Shown here: positions 47,587 to 56,817 of the stretch, in pieces | How the letters are laid out: each line of letters begins with the position of its first letter | Position numbering within the stretch: position 1 is the first letter of the stretch | DNA from: Candidatus Parcubacteria bacterium | GTDB taxonomy: Bacteria > Patescibacteriota > Minisyncoccia > UBA6257 > 2-01-FULL-56-20 | Assembly: GCA_027450205.1 (NCBI GenBank) | Contig: DAIDJL010000004.1 | Span: 139,932 to 203,931 of the forward strand | Length of the DNA stretch: 64,000 bases | Direction: 5' to 3' | The notes under the pieces: generated by a model | The model's input: the letters and a program-made list of their open reading frames with translations, nothing else | The model's database searches: none | What the model was told of the DNA's origin: nothing | Position numbers and translations under genes: made by a program

Positions 47587-47694
47587 ATGCACCCCAACCC
47601 GCTCAATGGAAACCCATTGCCAGCGGGTTTCCTATTTTATGGTCAGGATTATGAAGGTATGCAATACCACGATCGCCGATGTATAATGCATGCG

Positions 47695-48222
47695 ATGATC
47701 CTCCTCTTTACCGGCAATGGAAAAGGAAAAACGACCGCTTCCCTCGGGCAAATGATCCGGGTGCTGGGGCGGGACAAGACTGCGCTCATGATCCAGTTCA
47801 TCAAAGGGCCGTGGATATCCGGCGAAGACGAGTTCGCATCCGCATATGGCATCGCAAAAGACCGGTTTGAGATCCGAAAGATGGGATTGGGATTCGTCGG
47901 CATCCTCGGCGACCCTCTGCCGATCGAAAAACATAAAGAAGCGGCGCGGGACGCCCTCACAACCTTCATAGAGGAGAAGAATTCCGGAAAGTGGCACCTG
48001 ATAGTGCTCGATGAGATCAGTGTCGCGCTTTCGCTGGGACTGCTTGCACTGGACGAAGTCGTCAATGCCGTCAAAGATTATCCTGATAGCCGCATCCTTG
48101 TCCTGACCGGCCGCGGCGCGCCGCAGGAATTGATCGATGTCGCGGACCTTGCAACCGAGATGCGCGAGATAAAACATCCATTCAACGAAGGCAAGCCCGG
48201 GCAGGTCATGGTCGAGTTCTAG
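47695..48222 (+). CDS. cobO: Cob(I)alamin adenosyltransferase (CobA/CobO/BtuR family)
   Basis: TGNGKGKTT, QFIKG, VLDEI, VLTGRGAP, EIKHPF. Confidence 0.92.
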   Translation: MILLFTGNGKGKTTASLGQMIRVLGRDKTALMIQFIKGPWISGEDEFASAYGIAKDRFEIRKMGLGFVGILGDPLPIEKHKEAARDALTTFIEEKNSGKWHLIVLDEISVALSLGLLALDEVVNAVKDYPDSRILVLTGRGAPQELIDVADLATEMREIKHPFNEGKPGQVMVEF

Positions 48223-48255
48223 CGGTGCCGTGGATATGGTATCCTAGCAGTATTC

Positions 48256-49431
48256 ATGCGTAATTTCTTTAAAAAGTGGGCGGCATTTTTAATTCTTGTC
48301 GCTGCGGGAATCGTTTGCATGCTTTTTTATATCGCCACGCACGCGAATGTCCTTTCAAAGAAGTATGCCATCTTTGGAGATGGTGGCGGCGTTGCGAGCG
48401 GAACAAACGACCCATCGTCCGGTAGCGGCGTTGCGGGAACAAGCACCTCCCTTTCCGCGCTTACGCCGATCGATATCGCCGCATATAACGCGAAACTGTT
48501 ACAGCTCGCGAACATGCCACCCCGCACCATAACCGTCATCGTCACCTCTACCATCCCCGGCACCACTACGATCCAGCGGATAAGGGTTATCAAGGTTGTT
48601 TCCTCCACAAGCTTATGGCCGGTCAAAACGGTCTATCCGAACGCCGGGGCGCTTCTGCCCTTCAATCGCATCGTGGCGTACTACGGCAATTTTTATTCCA
48701 CCCAGATGGGCGTACTCGGGGAATATCCGACCGCCCAGATGATGGCGATGCTCGCTTCAACGACCGCGGAGTGGCGCGCGGCAGATCCATCCACGCCGGT
48801 GATCCCCGCGCTTGATTATATTGTGGTCACCGCGCAGGGCAGTCCGGGTGCCGATGGAAAATATCGCCTGCGCATGCCCGACAGCCAGATCGATAAAGCG
48901 CTTGCGCTCATGGCACCGGTGAACGGATTGGTGTTTTTGGATTTTCAGGTAGGCTGGAGCAACGTGCGGACGGAAGTTCCGCTTTACGCATCATATCTCA
49001 AGCTTCCCAACGTGGAACTTTCGCTCGATCCGGAATTTGATATGCCAAATGGCGCCCGCCCGGATACCGTGATCGGGACGATGGACGCAAGCGATATCAA
49101 TTGGGCAGCGAATTTTTTGGCGAACATCGTGGACCAGAACGGTCTCCCGCCGAAAATTCTGGTGGTGCACCGGTTTACCGAAAGCATGGTCACCAATTAT
49201 CGGCAGATCACGCCGCTTCCCCAGGTGGAAATCGTGATGGACATGGACGGATGGGGTTCGCAGGCAAAAAAGATAAATACGTACGAGCGGGTCATTGCGG
49301 CGGATCCCGTGCAGTTCACCGGATTCAAGCTGTTCTACAAGAACGATCTTTTGCCGCCGAGCACCGGAATGCTTACGCCGACTCAGGTGCTCAAGCTCAG
49401 CCCGCAACCAAGCTATATTCAGTATCAATAA
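48256..49431 (+). CDS. Conserved hypothetical membrane-anchored protein (possible TIM-barrel hydrolase-like domain)
   Basis: RIVAYYG, LDFQVG, LDPEF, LVVHRF, MDGWG, GFKLFY, YIQYQ. Confidence 0.8.
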   Translation: MRNFFKKWAAFLILVAAGIVCMLFYIATHANVLSKKYAIFGDGGGVASGTNDPSSGSGVAGTSTSLSALTPIDIAAYNAKLLQLANMPPRTITVIVTSTIPGTTTIQRIRVIKVVSSTSLWPVKTVYPNAGALLPFNRIVAYYGNFYSTQMGVLGEYPTAQMMAMLASTTAEWRAADPSTPVIPALDYIVVTAQGSPGADGKYRLRMPDSQIDKALALMAPVNGLVFLDFQVGWSNVRTEVPLYASYLKLPNVELSLDPEFDMPNGARPDTVIGTMDASDINWAANFLANIVDQNGLPPKILVVHRFTESMVTNYRQITPLPQVEIVMDMDGWGSQAKKINTYERVIAADPVQFTGFKLFYKNDLLPPSTGMLTPTQVLKLSPQPSYIQYQ

Positions 49432-49432
49432 T

Positions 49433-50176
49433 TCACGCGATCTTCTCCATCAGTGTTTCATAATCCTTTGTTGTGATATGCCAATCCCCCGGCCTCAGCG
49501 GGTTATCAAGATCGATCAGTACGAGGAAAATGGAATATGCGAGGCTGGCGATGCTCGCGGTAAAGAGGAATGCGAGATAGATATCATTGATGGCAATGAA
49601 CATAGAGAGAGCGATCAGCAGAAACGCGGCAAAGCGCAATGTGTTCCGCAACAGCGGCGGAATATGTTCGGCGCTGTGCTGCAGCCGTGCCGAACGATGG
49701 TTGAGCACGACGGACAACAGCGCGAATGATGTCGGCATAAGCTGCGGTGCCTCGTCAAAAATTTTGTAAATACTGTTATTGAGGTCGGCGATGACATCTT
49801 CCACCTCCTTGCTCTTCTCCCCCTTTTCGCTATACTGCCAGCCTTCTTTTATAATGAGCGCGAGATAGCGTTTGATATTGGTATGGATCTCGTTCTTTAT
49901 TGTTTTCGGAAAATTGCTTGACCAGAGATACAGCTTTTCAAGCCCGTCCACCTCGCCGCGCACCGCATCGGTGAGCGAGTTCCATTCATCCCATTCTTTT
50001 TGAATGGCAAAACCGGCAAGCACGCCGAAAATGGTACCGACAACGGCGTAGAGCCATGGAATGCCGTCGCTGTTTGAAAGCAATAGACGCGTGTCATATA
50101 AGCTGCTCGTGCGAATAAAATAAAATATCGTCCAAAAAATCGCCAGAAACGGAATAAGTTTTTTAATGAGTGCCAT
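49433..50176 (-). CDS. DUF4239 / bestrophin-like membrane protein
   Basis: GTIFGVLAGFAI..EW, DLDNPL.G, four TM segments. Confidence 0.75.
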   Translation of the reverse strand: MALIKKLIPFLAIFWTIFYFIRTSSLYDTRLLLSNSDGIPWLYAVVGTIFGVLAGFAIQKEWDEWNSLTDAVRGEVDGLEKLYLWSSNFPKTIKNEIHTNIKRYLALIIKEGWQYSEKGEKSKEVEDVIADLNNSIYKIFDEAPQLMPTSFALLSVVLNHRSARLQHSAEHIPPLLRNTLRFAAFLLIALSMFIAINDIYLAFLFTASIASLAYSIFLVLIDLDNPLRPGDWHITTKDYETLMEKIA

Positions 50177-50211
50177 ATGGAGTAATATTATCACGTATAC
50201 CGTCAATCATC

Positions 50212-50715
50212 ATGTACATCCCGCGAAGACAATGGAGCCGCCGGCCGCCGCCGAACAATGAACCGGTCTACCTGACGCCGGAAGGGATCGAACGCCTCCG
50301 GACGCGGCTTGCGCGGCTAAAGGCTTCGCTTCCCGCGGCGATCGAGGAAACGGCGCGGACCTCCGCCTATGGCGATCGTTCCGACAACGCGGAATACAAA
50401 GAGGCAAAAGGGATCTTGCGCCGGACGAAGGGGCAGATTTTGAATATCGAGGATCAGCTGAAGCGTGTGGTGGAGATTTCCACCGGCCCGGACGACGCGG
50501 GCCGCGTGCGGCTTGGCTCGACGGTCAAGCTTTCTATTGAAAGTAAAATAAAAACATTCCGCATTGTCGGATCGTCGGAAACAGACCCTTCCCGTGGACG
50601 CATCTCGCATACTTCGCCTCTTGGCGCGGCATTGATCGGGCACATTGTCGGAGATACCGTAACCGCCCAGACGCCGGCCGGGGCTCAGAAATATATCATA
50701 GTTGATATACGATAA
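50212..50715 (+). CDS. greA: Transcription elongation factor GreA/GreB family
   Basis: YLTPEG, GDRSDNAEY, ISHTSPLGAALIG. Confidence 0.92.
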   Translation: MYIPRRQWSRRPPPNNEPVYLTPEGIERLRTRLARLKASLPAAIEETARTSAYGDRSDNAEYKEAKGILRRTKGQILNIEDQLKRVVEISTGPDDAGRVRLGSTVKLSIESKIKTFRIVGSSETDPSRGRISHTSPLGAALIGHIVGDTVTAQTPAGAQKYIIVDIR

Positions 50716-50778
50716 AAAAAGCCGCGCAATCATCAGTAGAATGGATTATGCGGCGATATTGGTGAAACAAGCGGAGTG

Positions 50779-51066
50779 TCATCCGATAAGTTTTAGCACC
50801 CCGATGCGTTCCAAAATTTCATACAGCGTTATATCCATTTCGGCTTCCGAAGAGGATTGTTCCCTCATCTGGATATACAAGCGGCAATCGGGGCATTTGA
50901 GCAGATGGTTGATGCCTTCAACATCTTGATTGTTTTCAAGCCTGCTCATAACGGCATTAAGGGAATCATGCCGTTGATCATAGAATGGTTTACAGGCGAG
51001 TGATGGAGGAGGTCCATCGTGGTGACGAGATTTTGTGATTACAACAAACGATGTTTCTCTGTACAT
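50779..51066 (-). CDS. Orphan 95-aa protein with zf-HC2-like motif
   Basis: GGGAGG SD before MYRETS, TTGACA-17-TAGAGT promoter, C...HLLKCPDC. Confidence 0.7.
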   Translation of the reverse strand: MYRETSFVVITKSRHHDGPPPSLACKPFYDQRHDSLNAVMSRLENNQDVEGINHLLKCPDCRLYIQMREQSSSEAEMDITLYEILERIGVLKLIG

Positions 51067-51341
51067 CAGTTCCTCCCAAGGGCCGCCTATCACTCTATCC
51101 CCGCTCACTTTTTATGTCAACAAAATAATATGGACGGCGCTGGTACGCCGTCCGCTGTTCTTTAATCGCCGACGACTCGGACGCCGACACACCGCTTCAT
51201 AAAAAGAATTGAACACTTCGCCACACTCCCAATCGCTGCCAAATTCCACCATCTGCGCCTCCCCACCCCATGATCAGTATTCTCATAAAATCTTAGATTA
51301 CATTTGGAAATATCTCAACCTTGCGGTACAATCAAGCGGCT

Positions 51342-52475
51342 ATGGAAAAATCATACACAAAACTTAAAAAATTGAGCGAAAAGAACGGCGATATCGAATT
51401 TCAGGCGGAGGTGCCGGTGGAATTACTGGAGGAATATTCGCTGGCGGCGTTGGCAGAACTGGCGCAGGATTTCGCCCTCCCCGGGTTCCGCAAGGGAAAA
51501 GTGCCGCATGAAAAAGTGCGCGAACACATCGGCGAAATGGAGCTTTTGGAGGATGCTGCGAATGAAGCGTTGCGTGATGCGATGCAGCAGATCGCCGAGG
51601 ACGAAAAACTCAATATCGTCGGCCGGCCGCAGGCGATCATCACCAAGATCGCACCGAAAAATCCGCTGGAGTTCCGGATCCGTTACGCGCTTCTCCCCGA
51701 TGTTTCACTTCCTGATTATAAAAAGATCGGTAAGACCATTTTTGAGCGCAAGGACCCGACCGATGTAACCGAAAAAGAAGTGGATGAGGCCGTGGAGCGC
51801 ATCCAAAAAATGATCGCGCCGATGCTCGCGGGTGCAACGCCCGGCGCGGCAGAAGCACCGACAACGCCGGGCGAGGCGCCCGCGAAAGACGCGCCCATTC
51901 CCCCGCTTACCGACGAAACGGTCAAGCAGTTCGGCAACTTCAACACCGTTGCGGATTTTCGCGCCGAATTAAAACGCCAGCTTGAGCAGGAAAAAGTACT
52001 GCACGCGAAGGATGGCCGGCGCGAGGAAATGATCAAAGAGATCGTTAAGCATGCCAAAATAAAAGTTCCGCAGCTGCTTATTGAACAGGAACTCTACGAA
52101 TTCCTGGCCGACCGCGACGAACAGCTGAAGACCGCCGGGCTTTCACTCGAAGAATATCTGAAACAGATCGGAAAAACCTCTGAGCAGCTCGAAAAGGACG
52201 AGCGGGCGCTCATAGAGGACGATCTGCGGATGAGCCTTGTTGTCCAGGAGATCCGTAAGGCGGAAAATATCACGGCGGACGACCGTGACATCCATAGCTT
52301 GATGGCGCAGTTAAAGATCCGTTATCCCGAACGAAAAGAGCAGGAACTTCACCGCACTGCCGAGGCGATGATCATTCAAAACAAACTTTTTGCCGTTTTG
52401 GAAGGCACGCCCGCGCCGGAGCTGAAAGAGATATCAAGCGGCGATGTAGTAGTAAACGACGAAGTGATAAAATAA
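51342..52475 (+). CDS. tig: Trigger factor lacking the FKBP PPIase domain
   Basis: PGFRKGKVP ribosome-binding motif, LPDYK, SurA-like C-domain. Confidence 0.92.
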   Translation: MEKSYTKLKKLSEKNGDIEFQAEVPVELLEEYSLAALAELAQDFALPGFRKGKVPHEKVREHIGEMELLEDAANEALRDAMQQIAEDEKLNIVGRPQAIITKIAPKNPLEFRIRYALLPDVSLPDYKKIGKTIFERKDPTDVTEKEVDEAVERIQKMIAPMLAGATPGAAEAPTTPGEAPAKDAPIPPLTDETVKQFGNFNTVADFRAELKRQLEQEKVLHAKDGRREEMIKEIVKHAKIKVPQLLIEQELYEFLADRDEQLKTAGLSLEEYLKQIGKTSEQLEKDERALIEDDLRMSLVVQEIRKAENITADDRDIHSLMAQLKIRYPERKEQELHRTAEAMIIQNKLFAVLEGTPAPELKEISSGDVVVNDEVIK

Positions 52476-52488
52476 CAACCTGACAACC

Positions 52489-53199
52489 ATGGAAATCAAA
52501 GATAAGGTCATTATTGTGACCGGGGCGTCCGACGGGATCGGCGAAGCGATCGCAAAGAAGCTGGCGCGCGCGGGAGCAAAAGTGGTGCTCGCGGCACGTT
52601 CCGATGAAAAACTTGCCGCGCTCGCGCACGAGCTCCCCGGTTCCGTTGCGGTGCACGCCGACATGACCCAGCAGGCGGATATCCAAAACCTCATCGACCG
52701 CACAATGGAGGTTGACGGGCGTATTGATATTTTGATCAACAACGCCGGCCAGGGCATGTATGGTCCGATGGAATCGATCGATATCGATAAGTACAAGCAC
52801 ATCATGAACTTGAACGTGTACGGACCGCTTTATGCGATGCAGCTTGTGATCCCAAAAATGCGGGAGCAGGGCGGCGGAATGATCCTTAACATCAGTTCAC
52901 GCGTTTCAAAGAATTATTACCCCAATCTTTCGGCGTACGCCTCCACGAAATACGCTTTGAATGCCCTCTCGTTGACCGCGCGTGACGAGCTTAAAAAAGA
53001 CAATATCATTGTGAGCGTTTTCCACCCAAAGATGACGGCGACAAGTTTCGGTAAAAATGCGGTCAACGCCGATCCGGCGACGCGCGAGACATATGCCGAA
53101 CGGGCGCGTGCGGCAGGCATGGAGGTGGATACCGCCGAGCAAGTGGCGGATAAGGTGCTGGAACAGATCGGATCCGAGGAACCCGAGGCTTCAATGTAA
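52489..53199 (+). CDS. Short-chain dehydrogenase/reductase
   Basis: TGASDGIG, NNAG, YASTK. Confidence 0.94.
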   Translation: MEIKDKVIIVTGASDGIGEAIAKKLARAGAKVVLAARSDEKLAALAHELPGSVAVHADMTQQADIQNLIDRTMEVDGRIDILINNAGQGMYGPMESIDIDKYKHIMNLNVYGPLYAMQLVIPKMREQGGGMILNISSRVSKNYYPNLSAYASTKYALNALSLTARDELKKDNIIVSVFHPKMTATSFGKNAVNADPATRETYAERARAAGMEVDTAEQVADKVLEQIGSEEPEASM

Positions 53200-53203
53200 C
53201 GCC

Positions 53204-53235
53204 AAAAACCCCGTTCATACGCCGGGGTTCTTTTT
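53204..53235 (+). terminator. Rho-independent terminator
   Basis: AACCCCG/CGGGGTT stem and T-rich tail. Confidence 0.65.
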
Positions 53236-53265
53236 AATCTCGTTATAGGGTACGATTGATTTGCA

Positions 53266-54228
53266 ATGCTTATTGATGATGTAAACGTCCGGATCTCGGC
53301 GGGACACGGCGGCAAAGGTGCCGTGGCTTTTAATAAAAATTTAATGAGTCTGGGGCCGGCGGGGGGGAGCGGCGGCAAGGGCGGGAGTGTCTATGCCGAG
53401 GGTGTGTCCGACCTTTCTGCCCTTGGCCAATTCCGTTTCAAGAAAGAATTCCCCGCCGAGGACGGCATGGATGGCCGCGGTCAGTTTCGTGACGGCCACG
53501 ATGGCAAAGACCTTGTTTTAAAAGTTCCCGTCGGTACGATCGCGCATAATTTGACGACCGGCGTTGATGCGGAAATTGACCGCGTCGGTGAACGCATCCT
53601 GCTTGCCAAAGGGGGTAATGGCGGCAAAGGCAACTTTCTTTTCCGTTCGTCGCGCAATACGACGCCGAAGCAATCCCAGCCCGGACTCCCCGGCGAATCG
53701 TTCGAATTCCGCCTCGAGCTTAAATTCATTGCCGATGTTGGATTCGTCGGCTTGCCGAATGTCGGTAAATCAAGTTTATTGAACGAGCTCACGAACGCGA
53801 AAAGTAAGGTGGCGAACTATGCCTTTACCACGCTTGAACCGAATCTCGGCACCTATTATGAGCTGATTTTGGCCGACATTCCAGGACTCATAGAAGGTTC
53901 CTCACAGGGCAAAGGCCTTGGCACGCGATTCCTGCGCCATATCGAGCGCACGCGGACACTCTTCCATTTTATTTCCGCCGAATCCCCCACTCCGGTGGCC
54001 GACTATAAAACGATCCGCGCAGAACTTGGCGCATATAGCAAAGCGCTGCTCAAAAAACCCGAGCATTTATTTTTGAGCAAGGCGGATGTGGTGAATGAAA
54101 AACAATTGAAGACTGCTTTGACGAAACTAAAAAAAATAGACCCGAAGGTCATCGCGATCTCTATTATTGACGACGAGAGCATCAAGAAAGTGCGAATGCT
54201 TTTGAATACGATCAAAGCAAAGAAATAG
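53266..54228 (+). CDS. obgE: GTPase Obg/CgtA (no C-terminal extension)
   Basis: Gly-rich Obg domain, GLPNVGKS, YAFTT, DIPGLIEG. Confidence 0.96.
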   Translation: MLIDDVNVRISAGHGGKGAVAFNKNLMSLGPAGGSGGKGGSVYAEGVSDLSALGQFRFKKEFPAEDGMDGRGQFRDGHDGKDLVLKVPVGTIAHNLTTGVDAEIDRVGERILLAKGGNGGKGNFLFRSSRNTTPKQSQPGLPGESFEFRLELKFIADVGFVGLPNVGKSSLLNELTNAKSKVANYAFTTLEPNLGTYYELILADIPGLIEGSSQGKGLGTRFLRHIERTRTLFHFISAESPTPVADYKTIRAELGAYSKALLKKPEHLFLSKADVVNEKQLKTALTKLKKIDPKVIAISIIDDESIKKVRMLLNTIKAKK

Positions 54229-54268
54229 TGGCGGCAAACTTGTGGAGCAAAGTGATCGCTTTTAACGC

Positions 54269-54303
54269 AAAACGCCTGCGATAGAAATCATCGCAGGCGT
54301 TTT
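54269..54303 (+). terminator. Rho-independent terminator
   Basis: AAAACGCCTGCGAT/ATCGCAGGCGTTTT. Confidence 0.8.
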
Positions 54304-54392
54304 CTTTTCATTAAAAATGTGTTAATATATCAACAAACGCGCGGTCCGCGCGTTCTTATTATGTATCAAACGTAATAGGTAATCATTGCGTC

Positions 54393-55847
54393 ATGGCAAA
54401 CAACGAAGTAATCCTCAGGTTTAACGATGTGTCGTTCGAATACGGCAAGAAGCCCATTCTTAATGAGGCCACGTTTTCGGTGCGCCGCGGTGCAAAGATC
54501 ACGCTCATGGGCCAAAATGGCGCGGGTAAAAGCACGATGTTTCGGCTTATTATGGGCGAACTGCCTGCCGAGGAAGGCAATGTGATCTTGGAAGAAGGGC
54601 TTACAAAAGCAGTCTCCAAGCAGGTTATCCCCCGCGACCAACTCGACTCAACCGTGCTCGAATTCTTTACAAGCGCCTTTCCGGGTAAAAAAGTATACGA
54701 TATCGAACCGCGTATCAAGAAAGCGCTTGATGTGGTGAACCTCGTGGCTCCGCTTGATCGGATCGTAAAAAGCTTTTCCGGCGGCCAGCAGGCACGGCTA
54801 CTTCTTGCGCACGCGATCATCCAGGATCCGGACATGCTCCTGCTCGACGAGCCGACGAATAATCTCGACAAGGCCGGCATTGAACATCTCACGAAGTTTT
54901 TGATCGATTCAAAGAAAACATGCATCGTTATTTCCCACGACGCGGATTTTTTGAACTCATTCACGCAAGGCGTGCTCTATTTGGATATTTTTACGAAAAA
55001 AGTCGAGCAATATACCGGAAACTATTTTGACGTCCTGAAAGCGATCACGGAACGGCTTGAGCGGGAACGCATGAAGAACGTTCGGCTCCAGCGTGATATC
55101 ATGCACCGCAAGGAACAGGTAAACTTCTTTGCGCAAAAAGGCGGTCATATGCGCGATGTCGCCCGGAAGATGAACGAAAAGATCGCGGAGCTCGAAGAAG
55201 AAGTGGTTGACGTCCGTCAAGACGACAAGACCATCCGCGGCTTTGCTATCCCCTGCCAGGAAGACATCAGCGGCCGAATTCTAGAACTCAGCTCGGTCAA
55301 TGTGATCAAGAACCACAAACCGACGGCGAAGAAGGTAAATGTGACCTTAAAGAGGGGCGAACGCCTGCATTTGATCGGCCCGAACGGCATCGGCAAGACG
55401 ACGCTTCTTGAGGCACTTGCAACCGGCCACGCCAAGGGCGAGGTGGTAGAGAAAGGCATCCGCATCGGCTATTATCGCCAGGATTTCTCCACGCTCGATT
55501 TCGACGCCACCGTCTGGGATACGCTCGCCCGCGCCATGCGCGAAGGCGATCAGGATAAATTGCGCTCCACCGCGGCGGGATTTTTGATCGACGCAGATCT
55601 GCTTCGCGCAAAAGTAGGCGCGCTCTCAGAGGGACAGAAAGGACTTGTTGCATTCGCCAAGCTGTCGCTTGAAGCACCCGGCCTGCTCATCCTGGACGAA
55701 CCGACGAATCATATCAACTTCCGCCATATTCCGGTGATCGCAAAAGCGCTTGATCGCTACGAGGGTGCGATGATCCTCGTCAGCCACGTTCCGGACTTTG
55801 TGAAGCAGATAAAGATAGACTATACGCTGGATCTGGCGGCGCTTTAG
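54393..55847 (+). CDS. ABC-F family ATPase
   Basis: Two NBDs (GQNGAGKS, GPNGIGKT), LDEPTN twice, SHD, no TM segments. Confidence 0.93.
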   Translation: MANNEVILRFNDVSFEYGKKPILNEATFSVRRGAKITLMGQNGAGKSTMFRLIMGELPAEEGNVILEEGLTKAVSKQVIPRDQLDSTVLEFFTSAFPGKKVYDIEPRIKKALDVVNLVAPLDRIVKSFSGGQQARLLLAHAIIQDPDMLLLDEPTNNLDKAGIEHLTKFLIDSKKTCIVISHDADFLNSFTQGVLYLDIFTKKVEQYTGNYFDVLKAITERLERERMKNVRLQRDIMHRKEQVNFFAQKGGHMRDVARKMNEKIAELEEEVVDVRQDDKTIRGFAIPCQEDISGRILELSSVNVIKNHKPTAKKVNVTLKRGERLHLIGPNGIGKTTLLEALATGHAKGEVVEKGIRIGYYRQDFSTLDFDATVWDTLARAMREGDQDKLRSTAAGFLIDADLLRAKVGALSEGQKGLVAFAKLSLEAPGLLILDEPTNHINFRHIPVIAKALDRYEGAMILVSHVPDFVKQIKIDYTLDLAAL

Positions 55848-56230
55848 TCTTCCTTTTTCTCCAGCTCCAAGCAGACGGAATTGATGCAGTATCGCTTTCC
55901 GCCCTTGTCTTCGGGCCCGTCATCAAAGACGTGGCCGAGATGCGCGCCGCAGGTTTTGCAAACCACCTCCGTGCGCTTCATGCCAAAACTGCTATCGGTT
56001 TTCAGTTCAACCTTTTCCAGATTGACCGGTTCGGTAAAACTTGGCCAGCCGGACTTTGAATCGAACTTGGTTTCGGATGAAAATAATTCCGTGCCGCACA
56101 CGGCGCACTTATACATTCCTTTTGCGTGCTCATTCCAATATTTTCCCCTGAACGCGCCTTCCGTGCCGCCCTCACGCGCGATATGATAGAGCTCCGGATT
56201 CTCCGCCTTCAACTCTTCGTCGGTTTTCAT
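55844..56230 (-). CDS. msrB: Peptide methionine-(R)-sulfoxide reductase
   Basis: GTE, KFDSKSGWPSF, RTEV, HLGHVF.DGP, RYCINS. Confidence 0.97.
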   Translation of the reverse strand: MKTDEELKAENPELYHIAREGGTEGAFRGKYWNEHAKGMYKCAVCGTELFSSETKFDSKSGWPSFTEPVNLEKVELKTDSSFGMKRTEVVCKTCGAHLGHVFDDGPEDKGGKRYCINSVCLELEKKED

Positions 56231-56258
56231 GATATTTTAATAATACTATTATCGGTGA

Positions 56259-56810
56259 TTATTTTGATTTTTCTTTTAACAGATTCGCAAACTGTTTTTG
56301 CAATTTCTCCACCTTCGGCTCAATGATGATCCGGCAATATCCCGCGTCCGGATGATTTTTGAAATATTGTCGATGATAATCTTCCGCCTCATAGAACTCG
56401 CCGAGCGGAACCACTTCGGTGACGATCGGCCGGCCGCCTGGATCGGATGCCGTCAGCTCGGCGATAAATTTTTCCGCCTCTGTTTTTTGTTCCGGTGTCG
56501 AATAGAAGATCGCCGAGCGGTACTGCGTGCCGATATCATTCCCCTGCCGGTTCAGCGTAGTCGGGTCATGCGAGGCAAAGAATACGGTGAGCAGGTCGCG
56601 ATAGGTGATCTGCGCCGGATCGTATTCCACGCGCGTCGCTTCCGCGTGGCCGGTCTCGCCGGTGCAGACCGCATCGTATGTCGGATCCGGCACCGTGCCG
56701 CCGGTATAGCCCGGCACCACGGAAACCACCCCGCGCAGCTCCTGAAATACCGCTTCGGTACACCAGAAGCACCCACCGCCAAAGACCGCGACCTCGTTCT
56801 TATTTCCCAT
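56259..56810 (-). CDS. msrA: Peptide methionine-(S)-sulfoxide reductase
   Basis: GGCFWC, GHAE, RQGNDIGTQYRS, AEDYH. Confidence 0.97.
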   Translation of the reverse strand: MGNKNEVAVFGGGCFWCTEAVFQELRGVVSVVPGYTGGTVPDPTYDAVCTGETGHAEATRVEYDPAQITYRDLLTVFFASHDPTTLNRQGNDIGTQYRSAIFYSTPEQKTEAEKFIAELTASDPGGRPIVTEVVPLGEFYEAEDYHRQYFKNHPDAGYCRIIIEPKVEKLQKQFANLLKEKSK

Positions 56811-56817
56811 TTTTCTT

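Noticed and set aside
51112-51300. 46-aa minus-strand ORF (MVEFGSDWECG...) with GGGGAGG SD
   Set aside because: Runs through a hairpin and into the next promoter, has no recognisable features; too weak to call, though it may be another SD-led mini-gene.
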